DNA of 64,000 nucleotides from an uncultured Acidobacteriota bacterium (GTDB lineage Bacteria; Acidobacteriota; Thermoanaerobaculia; Multivoradales; UBA5704): NCBI GenBank assembly GCA_963756455.1, contig CAVWNC010000004.1, positions 503,098 to 567,097 of the forward strand, read 5' to 3'. Shown piece by piece: positions 57,201 to 64,000 of this stretch (position 1 is its first letter; each line of letters starts with the position of its first letter). The notes under the pieces were generated by a model. It saw only the letters and a program-made list of their open reading frames with translations, ran no database searches and was not told where the DNA came from. The position numbers and the translations under genes were made by a program.

Positions 57201-58369
57201 TGCGGCGCGGCGGCGAAGATCGCCCGGCGTCCCGCGGTGACCGCCTGGTCCACCGCGTCGCCATTGGCGATCCGGCGGTAGAACACCCGGCTGAAGGTGA
57301 TCGCGGCGCGGTCGGTCACCGGGAACTGCATCGCGACCACCGCGGGGACGCCGCTGCGCACGAGCCCCGTGGCGACGCCGGCGAAGGGGTAGGGCCCCGC
57401 GTCGGCGGCCCGGGCCGTATTGCAGGCGTTGAGGAAGACGAGCTGGAGCGGCGGCTCCGCCAGGAGGGGCGACAGCGTCTCGCCATCGACCCAGTCCTCG
57501 CCGCGGTCCGCGGTCTCGAGGGCGAGGAGCCCCTTGCCGCTGTCGGCGTCGAAGCGACCGTGGCCCATGAAGTGCAGCACGTGAAACGACCCGTCGAGCA
57601 GAGCTTCGTTGAGCGCCTCCAGAGTGGTGCGCTCGATCTCGACGGCTTCGGCTCCCTGATCCTTCCAGATCCGCTTGAGATGGGCCCGCTCCTGGTCCAG
57701 GTCGAGCGGCGGCAGCTTCAAGGGACTGGCCATCGCGAGGAGGATCCGCAGCGGGGCGGGCCGCAGTGCGGGGCGGGGTGGCCGCGGCACTTCGAGATAG
57801 CGCACGACCGGGCTCCTCGGGCTGAGGCTGAGAAAGCTCTCGCTTCCCGGGTCGTAGAGGAGCTCCCAGGGCAGAGCGGCAAGACGGATGAGCTGGGGGT
57901 GATTCGGGTTGATCATCAGCACGATGCGCAGGCCGGCGTCGCCGACCATGCCCAGGCTCTTCGCGTAGAGCTCGTGCACGCGCCTGGGAAAGAGGCTCCG
58001 GAAGAGCCGCCGACCGACCTCCACCGGAGTCTGCGATCGCGCTTCGAGCCGCCCTTCGCGGATCAGGTGCCGCAGGGCATCGCGGAGCTCCGCGGGGAGA
58101 TCTTCCTCGGCCACCGGCTCGCGCTCGGAGGCCAGCCCGAAGGCGCCTTCTTCCGAGCGGAGCAGCAACTCCTTGAGGAGGCGCGCGACGGACTGCGACG
58201 CTTCGTCCCCGAAGGGCCTCTCGAAGACATCAATGTCCTCGCCGGCCGGAGACTGGGCGTGGACGGCGAGACTGTCTGATCCATCCGGCAGGATCTGCAG
58301 GATGAAGTCCTGGTAACCCAAGGAGCGGCCCATCATCCATGCCAGGAGAGCTTCATCGTCGCACCTCAC
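51296..58369 (-). CDS. giant (2357 aa) STAND-class protein: N-terminal CHAT (caspase-like) protease domain, NACHT-type P-loop NTPase, and about 1550 aa of C-terminal helical (HEAT/ARM/TPR-like) repeats
   Basis: CHAT dyad His in SFHVLHFMGHG (aa about 270) and Cys in LVFLNACNTA (aa about 316). Walker A MVILGDPGSGKTTLARWL (aa about 548-565). Walker B/NACHT AVVLLDGLDEIDD (aa about 668-680). The long Leu/Ala-rich C-terminal region has no catalytic motifs. Start is GTG 58369 or ATG 58336. Confidence 0.75.
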   Translation of the reverse strand: MRCDDEALLAWMMGRSLGYQDFILQILPDGSDSLAVHAQSPAGEDIDVFERPFGDEASQSVARLLKELLLRSEEGAFGLASEREPVAEEDLPAELRDALRHLIREGRLEARSQTPVEVGRRLFRSLFPRRVHELYAKSLGMVGDAGLRIVLMINPNHPQLIRLAALPWELLYDPGSESFLSLSPRSPVVRYLEVPRPPRPALRPAPLRILLAMASPLKLPPLDLDQERAHLKRIWKDQGAEAVEIERTTLEALNEALLDGSFHVLHFMGHGRFDADSGKGLLALETADRGEDWVDGETLSPLLAEPPLQLVFLNACNTARAADAGPYPFAGVATGLVRSGVPAVVAMQFPVTDRAAITFSRVFYRRIANGDAVDQAVTAGRRAIFAAAPQSAEWSTPVLFLRNREGALFEKGEVATESDLLERYLRWLVEEYGELELPGLPQIGRRPAVPLDTVYVALRGDLAGSYERTQSRKALEEQARTLANLPEVEALDPEQLRRKVTYMTSLVAMAPLPASIEERDRPQLLREGGAPRSQSVTLGEAFRSYRRMVILGDPGSGKTTLARWLTLQLATAGLQMRDPVEVPLHQVDPEATEGSGWISLGPRRVPILIRVATFAQAREQEPTLTLAAFLGHHLAQYGRTATTRDGRPLDPQALHVLLLAQLEEGTAVVLLDGLDEIDDPAQRYDIAHEIDRFIDAWLPAGDDELAKGLGPAEFPGGIAQPYQVGGVQLVVTSRIVGYQMAPLSKRATHLTIEAMEPRAVDRFCDVWVRAARRAALPREAWNALAEREAEREAAGLKTAIADLRRRDAGELASNPLLVTILALVYQHGQRGFPRQRVRLYAMAVSILLEKWRLRAQGKGERLRTDEELLAILVPLAAEVHATSGIGVIDEPKLEAVLRQHLEPAEAIAFRTVLSEEVGLLAARGQGVYGFLHLTFQEYLAACHLAHDRASATVAILDRLSSPRWREPILMALGLLSSELDEPAFEALLSSMLDHPDPLGNLMPRAPLLIVAALPEMVQIPPRAVERVAERLLAAASERSALERFPRLRQQVEGAYTALLKRREGGDTAVEETAERVLCESLTAPSEGPGPTARRLAAARLARAAKSDSLRLAEALEAALPRDSAAWGWPVDDALRALKARAPEVPLGGRRALGRELLRNAELAERFLADSGWVRIGMALYGGLDSGLPERLAAKELELAMVNHEQIRWGERSGDPRAAETQERLSTERGVIEAALGELRKSGSSFRIERMHRDVPWLTEEVIGCLLARRPSTSLIPWLEDRWREPLSLQKRGEVFLALVALGAPPAVDPSGEPLSTSVLALLSRVAQTLEIAVSAAVVPALATFKAAAEEDPGDAWTELVRATLRVAQAFGSGPVNVMELAGSRAPLLAEAWQNAFAGSAEDPVYSLAVVLDTAAGQLAASPMLLAETFAVAHESANGLWEGHRGWALDRLAPLPEGPRDVLVAALDALAALDEPFDFVRGWALTVLAPLFPEHGLLPEALILALGSLSDRFATRTETIQALLEQGDPDAELLLAVDPIAQLLAEIEGITDPYLRFRGYWQLLRHFSDLRGELLATPDPAVLKGNRPQGSLWGRLRAAVTERSAVLAAAAPRAAQAITDPLLRAWACERLAALGHQPEEWMRRARQAALSIPARRHEQRARTLARLAAAFPLEESNALLALALDDVAALDEERRAAALFSLRSALPGGGSLRDRFERLVAGLRDPRWRAQAERAAAPLLELYAAPLAERDSGLSALLLGATIHDLQQRFLLPWDAAGLWQVLDTPRRQEALDALRQRSRVSGLRLTREAAVTLGRLLEGGEDSLVREILPWVQNPDASVLPIVRRWPAGGDPEVRRYRDLLLAEVEDLSELTLPALIELLSHPDDRTRYRAALALYGDFSDLHRIFNVSSLGSRTLHRLARALLDCRDQAQVAQAIGWAFERTRHNDERCLSTWVEEAAEETPEGEEARLILGDIQKITGSAWRRFVKEIAKPSPKAQRALLRSVCRLLDRDWITPERWAEIAPSVRGISRAALTQDTYLLDHPAALVEAADLAWRTHRNLPMGPMAAAARQIFAAKRQPLSRLLDADSEELRQTLKKLGGLVWAGEPYHERIRAAAQRVEQSPHLLAVLMSWLADELRHEMPDDRSWFTDPKSELLAVLAVAAEKLPISFLAEAQTLPDLAPLLRDAARFQGSYTGRQAALILLSYLRRFDAEAKVAVRSGLADVGHVQRTAIGSIGRYRDVDRAFLEELFDDLVAAPGVAAYATGRALAALARNLYRPPEERDAILSALTRAVDHPHCRRDVYLLESNDSSGKRKETIRHVGRLDQTFHELLLELNGTIDLGRQRPRPGEERQEG

Positions 58370-58672
58370 GCCGCCTCAGGGGGCCTGCGGTTTCTCCTCG
58401 ATCCGGTGGAGTTTGCAGAGGGATGATAGCCCAGGTGGGGGAGGCGAGGAGAGGCCCGGCAGGCAATCGCGGGACGCCGCCCCTACCAGGCCGGCCCTGA
58501 AACCGTCCTCGAATACAAGCCGGGACAGCTTGAACCGCGCGAGGCCCAGAGCACCGGCGTAGGGCAGGGTTACGACGTAGCGTACCTTCGCTGCCTCGGG
58601 TGATCTCGAAGTCTGGAGGCACGGGATGAAGGACTCGACGAAAGGCGGGGACCCCCACCTATCAGGGCTAAG

Positions 58673-59095
58673 TCAACCGGATTTGGGCCCATTCGACGTT
58701 CCGTCCACTCGCCCTTCCCGGGCGTACCAATGGAGGGCGCCCCCCACGGCGCCGAGGATGCATCCCAACGCTCCCGCGAGGAGGCCCAGCAAGGGGCCTG
58801 CATTCGCCATCCCGCTGGGCTGGAAGAGGAACGGCCCAAAAAAGCCTGCCGCGAAGCCGATCCCTCCTACCGCGCAGGTCCCCAGAAAGACGGAGCTGGC
58901 AAGGCTGGTCGGAAAGGACGCGGTGTGTGTCCAGACATACCACGCCATCCCGGCAGCCGCCAGTAGGGAAACGAGGGAGCTCATCCAAAGGGAAGCATGG
59001 AGCAAAAAGGCTGGAGGGATTGCAAACCAGAAGACGAAATACAGGGCGGCCAGGCTGCTGAGGAGCGTCACCCCGATGCGGACCACGATGTTCAT
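58673..59095 (-). CDS. hypothetical small integral membrane protein (about 4 TM)
   Basis: Within ORF 58673..59107(-). Hydrophobic helices VTLLSSLAALYFVFWFAI, SLWMSSLVSLLAAAGMAWYVW, VFLGTCAVGGIGFAAGFFGPFLF and GPLLGLLAGALGCILGAV. Confidence 0.4.
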   Translation of the reverse strand: MNIVVRIGVTLLSSLAALYFVFWFAIPPAFLLHASLWMSSLVSLLAAAGMAWYVWTHTASFPTSLASSVFLGTCAVGGIGFAAGFFGPFLFQPSGMANAGPLLGLLAGALGCILGAVGGALHWYAREGRVDGTSNGPKSG

Positions 59096-59302
59096 GCCAG
59101 CTCCCAAGAGGTGTCAGGCGAAAGGTGAGGACCAGAGGACAGGGCGGCGACGCTGCGGCGCATGGTGGCGATCTCCGTGGGCGAGAGGAAGGATTCTACC
59201 CCCGATCACGGATTCGCCGGCGCGGCGCGCTCCGCGCCGTTAGGTGCCTCCCGCCAGGCCAAGCCTGGCCCTGGAGGATCGGCGTGGGCGAACCGCCGCG
59301 GC

Positions 59303-62300
59303 CTATTCGAAATAACCGGCGACGTCGAGGATAAAATGCACCGTCCCGCTGGAATCCACTTTGACTTCCACCGTTCCGGACGAGTCGGCCGGAAGCTGTA
59401 CAATCGCATTATTGGAGAGCGTCTCGCCCGGCCTCCAGTTGATCGTGCTGGCGAGCGGCGCCGGATTAAGCCCGCTCGGATAGAGGCGAAGGTCGCCGGC
59501 CGCCGTGGGTTGGGTGATCGTCACGTTCACCGCAATCGCCTTGGCCCCGGGGGGATCCCGCAAAGGTTCGCCACGCTGAAGCTTCTCGGCGCACCCGGCT
59601 GGAGCACCGGGCCTCCGGTGGGCCCGGCCGGCTGGCGGGTGTCCACCAATCGGCAGGGGGCTACCGTGTTGAATCGTGAGCAGCTCCCATCGATGGCGAT
59701 CGCCGCGTTCCCTGAAGCTGTGCCCCTGCAATAGGCATCGGCGACCGAGGTCACCGTGTAGGTGGTGCTGGCAGTGGGCTGTACGGAGCGTGTGATGAGG
59801 TTGGAGGCCACCCCCGGCTCGGTCGCTCCGTCTGACCATCCAACGGTCCAGGGAGCGGTCCCCGTGAGCGCCGCCTGCAAGGTGGCGGAGGAGCCTGAGC
59901 AAATCTGCGCCGAGCCGCTGACGACCGCGGTCGGAAGGGGGCGGACCAGGACGTCGGTCGTCACCGGCGCAGACGAACAACCGTCTATCCTGGCCGTCAC
60001 CGAGTAGATGCCGGAGCTGGCCGGGCCGGCGGCGGACAAGAGAGGGTTCTGCTGGGTAGACGCAAAGTTGTTGGGTCCGGTCCAGCTGTAGGTCGCGCCC
60101 TGGACCGTCGAGGCCGCCAGCTGGAGGTCCTGGCCGGCGCAGATCGGCCCACTGTTCGACGCGCCCAACGGCGGCGCGCTGGAGGCTGCCACGGTCGTGG
60201 CGCGAAGCTGGCAATCGCCAACCGTCATGGTGACGGTGTACGAGCCTGCCGCAGCGCCCGTCGCGTTCTGGAGGAGGGGGTTCTGCTCCGACGACGTGAA
60301 CCCATCCGGACCCGTCCATTGGAACGACGCGCCCGCCAACCCGAACGCGGTGAGCTGCAGCGACTGACCCGGGCAGAACGGACCGCTGTTGCTGGCGGTT
60401 GGGGGCTCGACGAAATCGCAGAGGAACGAAAAGCCGGGAGAGAGCGTCGCCGCCCCTCCGGCGGCGGGATTCGTGACCGTCACGGCGGAGCCGCCAAGCG
60501 GATGGGCCGGCGTCGTAACGACCAAGCGCGTGCTGTTCATGAACACGACCTGGGTGGCCGGCTGATCATCGAAACGGACGGTGGCGCCGGGTTGGAAGCC
60601 GCCGCCGAGCAGCAGCAGCAGCTCGCCGCCGCGGCTGTCTCCCTCCCCTGGCGAGACGCTCTGGAGGCTGATACCGGTCACGTCGTCGGCGGGGTTCGTG
60701 CCATCGCGCCCGTTCACGGCCTCGGATAGATCGGATTCGCCGCCGGTGTCGCTATCGGCCGCTTGCGGATCGGTGCCGTTCCTGTATTCGTCGAGGTTGG
60801 CGAGACCGTCCCCGTCGGGATCGAGATCGGCATCAGCGGGATCGTGAGGGTTGAGCCGGTGCGCGCTCTCCCAGCTGTCAGGCATCCCATCGCCATCCGT
60901 GTCCAGGAGCTTGCGGATGTCGCCGCCGTAGATCGCGTTGGAGAAGTCGCCGTTGCGGACACGGGCGTAGACGTAGTACACGCCATCGGCGAGGCCCGAG
61001 AGGTCCCATGTGTACTTCATGGTCCCCTGTGTCGCGGCGATCCCGGTGGCGATCGGCGTACCCTCAAAACCGCTTCCCGTCGTATCGTAGTAGAGGTCCA
61101 CGGTCGTGGCGCCGTTGCCATCGAACACGCTCCATTGCAGCGTCGCGCTGTTCCCGGTGACGACTTCCTCCACGATCGGGCTGCTCCAGGTGAAGGCCGG
61201 CACGGCATCCCGCTGAAACGACATCCAGCTCCAGTAGGGACCGGTGCTCGTCACCGTATCCGCCGGCCGGCCCGCGAGCCGGTCGCCATTGGGAGTGCTC
61301 ACCGTGATCCGGAGATGGGCGAGAGTGTAGGGGCCGAGCCGGGCCTGGCGGTACACCTCCAAGCCGGAAAACGAGAGGGTGACCGGGAAGCTGCCGGCGG
61401 CGCCAGCGGTGCCGGTGGCGACACTCTGCGCGACCAGCGATCCGTCCGCCGCGAGCAGATCGCCGGAGTAGGTGTAGGTTCCGGCGGCGGGCAGGTTGGC
61501 GGTGAAGCTCCAGTTGAGCGAATCATACTTCTCGTCGCCGTCGTTGTCGGGAGCTGTCTCGACGAACGGGCCGGAGAGGGTGGAACCCGACGACCCGACG
61601 GAGAACGCAGCGTCTGCTTGCCGCTCAAAGTTGCCGACCGAGGACGATCCGGACGCCACGACCGAGACCGTGTACGCCCCCGTGTCGCCCGCGGTGAAGC
61701 TGCCGCCGTAGATGCCGTCGCCGGCCAGACCGTCACCATGCTGACCGTCGTCGTACAGTGTGAGGTTTTGGACCCCATCGCCTGACTGCGACAGGACATC
61801 CGCCGAGATCAGAGCGCCTGTCACCGCCGTTCCGCTCACGTCGAGAGCCGCCTGCACGGTGACGGTTTCACCCGGGAGGTAGCTCGTGTCTCCCAGCGTG
61901 ACCGCCAGAGCGAGCGGCGAGCGCGTCGTTACGGTGACCGCCCACGGAGACCCGCTCGCCGGAAGGTGGGGGCCGCCTCCCGCTGAGGAAACCGCGAGGT
62001 TCAGGGTCCACTGGCCCGCCGCGGGGTTCCGTACGACGAACACCTGGTGGCTGCCGCCCGCGGTCGGATTTGCGGCGTAGAGAGTCGTCAGCCCATCCAC
62101 GGAGGTCGGCGTGATCACCCCTGCCGCCGGAGACGTCAAAGCCGCGGCGGGATTCGCATTCGCGGCGTCGATCCGCACGGACAGCTCGGAAGCGCTGTCC
62201 ACCGGGAAGACCAGAACGCTCTGCAAGTGGGGCGTGTCCAAGCGGCCAGAGGCGGATACGACCGTGCGCTCGGCGGACCGTGGTGGCAGCGGCACGACCT

Positions 62301-64000
62301 CCGAGACTCGGGCTTCCTGCCTCCGGCCGCTTGCGGCGGCCTTCCTCGTTGCCTCTGTGAAGGGATTGCCGAGCGACGAGCAGATCGCCGGGACGGTGTG
62401 AGCTCCCAGGATGGTGTTCAGGGTGGGCGCCAGGGAAGCGCAGTAGAAACCCTGCCAGCTGGCGGGCTCGTCGAGGAGGGCGTTGTGCAGGTTGGACGGC
62501 GGGAGGCGCGGGGTGGTCTCCGTGTACAGGCTTCGCGCGGCGTGAAACTGCGCCGGCAGGCAAGCCTCGTTGCTGCCCGCCTCCTGTAGACAGCTGGTGA
62601 GGCCCAGTCCCAATTGGCTGTCCGTCGGCACGACGTTGTCGCCTTCGTTGTACAACACGGTAGCAGTACCCACGACCCCAGGCAGCAACGCCAGTGCGCC
62701 GCGAGCCAGGAGCGAGGGTTGCACCACGCTGGCCAGCGCATAGAGCGGAGTGGGACTGGCGGACTCCAGAATGGTGAGCTGATGGAACAAGCTCACGGCC
62801 GACTCATCTTGCAGGAAATACTGGAGAGCATTGTCACAGCACTGGCCTTTGCAACGGTTTCCCCCGAGCGCGCCTGCAATGCCACCATTGCTGAACCCCT
62901 CCGCGATCGCCTGCAGGCGGGCGATCGGCGCGCCCCCATGGGGTGTGTCCAGGGTCACCACCGCCAAGACCTTCCCCGGATTGTGCGCGGCGTAGTAGCG
63001 CGCGATCTGGCCTCCGTAGCTGTGACCGACAAGGATGAAGGGACCGTCCGTCCCCAGCCACGAGTGGCTATCGACGAAGGTCCCCAGTTGCTGCGCGGCA
63101 TCCTCGATCGAGGCTCTCCCATCCACACCTGTAACCACACAAACACCGTAGGCTGACGTGCAATCGTCCGCCTGGGACGGGCAGGCTGTGGCGCCGCCAA
63201 AGTCCTGTGCGAGCTGGCACGGGATGGATACGCTGTGGGCGTCAGGGGGGAAGAACCATTGCTCGGCATGGGGCCCGCAACCCGAGAAGTTGTAGCCGTT
63301 CAAGAGCAGGATCCGGGTTTTCTGGTTGACGACGAGATCCACAAACCCCCCGGGGCCCCAAGCGCCGTCGCCAGCCTCGCCCTGAACGGTGACTCTGTGG
63401 GTCCCGGCTGAGAGTTGTCCGGTCGGCAGCGCATACGTAAAGGTCGGAACGGTCGTTCCGGACTGCGGCGACATCGCCGCACATTGGGCGCCGTCGACGC
63501 AGATCTGGGCACCGAGGGGGGCGGCGGTGAACGTCGCCGTGACCGACACCTGGGTGGCGCCCTGGGTTGGGTTGGGGGTCGCCACGACGGTCGGTTCCGG
63601 CGGCTGCGAGGAATAGACGGCAATGGGGATGTCCACCTCTCCACAAACGCTGGAAGCGACGTGCAGGACATCCTGCCCAGGGCTGTTGCCGGCCTGGTAG
63701 TCGATGCTTTGCCCCACGGCCGGCATGGGCGACAGCGTTGCGCCGGAGCGGTTCTGCGGCAGGCTCCAGGAGTAGGTCGCGCCGGGCAGATTCAGCGAGA
63801 ATTGAAGAATTCCGTTCACCAAGACGCTCGCGCTACGCGCATCGGCGAAGAGCTCATGACCGGAGCATGCGAGGGCATGGATCGTGACCCGAGCGTACTG
63901 GGACAGGTCGCCGCAGTGAGCGGTGAGCCTGAGCGCATAGGATCCCGCCACGTCGGGCGTGAAGCTTGGGGACAGGGTGGTGGCGTCCAGCAGTGCCGCC
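59303..64000 (-). CDS. giant secreted multidomain protein (more than 1560 aa): alpha/beta-hydrolase (lipase-like GHSYG) domain, Ig/IPT-like domains, thrombospondin-type-3-like Ca-binding Asp repeats, repeated Cys-pair Ig-like modules. 5' end lies beyond the window. A -1 frameshift sits at a C/G homopolymer near 59546-59558.
   Basis: Frame is open to position 64000. FILVGHSYGGQIARYYAAHNP is a nucleophile elbow. DTDGDGMPDSWESAHRLNPHDPADADLDPDGDGLANLDEYRNGTDP are TSP3-like repeats. There are three CxGxxLxLxA...Y/FxWTGPxGF...QNPLL modules. The frame switches from 59527-ending ORF to the 59303-ending ORF (LRLYPSG...VHFILDVAGYFE) at ggccccgggggga. Confidence 0.55.

Overview
This is a high-GC bacterial chromosomal segment, reverse-strand partial at both ends. 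Three tandem ADOP-type FtsX/MacB-like permease paralogs suggest Acidobacteria, but taxonomy cannot be proven from sequence alone. From left to right the window contains the following. (1) 1-1188: the 5' part of a gamma-class N6-adenine DNA methyltransferase gene preceded by two small ORFs, reverse strand, running off the window. (2) 1401-4836: two tandem XRE-HTH+TPR regulators, the second carrying an in-frame amber stop. They flank a small secreted protein with three tandem GCWIDPxGRC Cys repeats; I propose this as a candidate peptide-signalling (RRNPP-like) module. (3) 4893-6905: tRNA-Leu(UAA) with a 21-bp tandem repeat array on one side and a 64-bp hairpin-repeat array further along. (4) 7074-7812: a small two-gene module. 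(5) 7974-13606: a sigma54-type promoter, then two full ADOP permeases and a third copy reduced by two in-frame deletions. (6) 13706-16636: a 976-aa patatin-like phospholipase with a polytopic membrane insertion between its catalytic motifs. (7) 18454-27509: HicAB translationally coupled to the end of an exopolysaccharide operon (AlgI/AlgJ-like O-acetylation pair, Wzx, GT2, GT4, deacetylase, hexapeptide acetyltransferase). (8) 27777-30862: a hybrid histidine kinase plus a REC-GGDEF regulator. (9) 32002-46021: a tightly coupled GH2-GH9-GT2 synthase operon followed by four tandem paralogs of an unidentified secreted family, with a convergent OpgC-like acyltransferase, the whole bracketed by two STAS proteins. 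(10) 46056-49205: decayed glycogen genes, glgX internally deleted and glgP frameshifted in a G-run. (11) 49590-49840: a phased A-tract array. (12) 50988-58369: a 2357-aa CHAT protease-NACHT NTPase-helical repeat STAND protein, translationally coupled to a small conserved protein. This is the strongest candidate for an undescribed conflict/defence system in the window. (13) 59303-64000: a giant secreted lipase/adhesin-like gene with a second homopolymer frameshift. Many long GC-driven antisense ORFs in the supplied track are artefacts. All functional calls rest on motif recognition by eye, with no database search.
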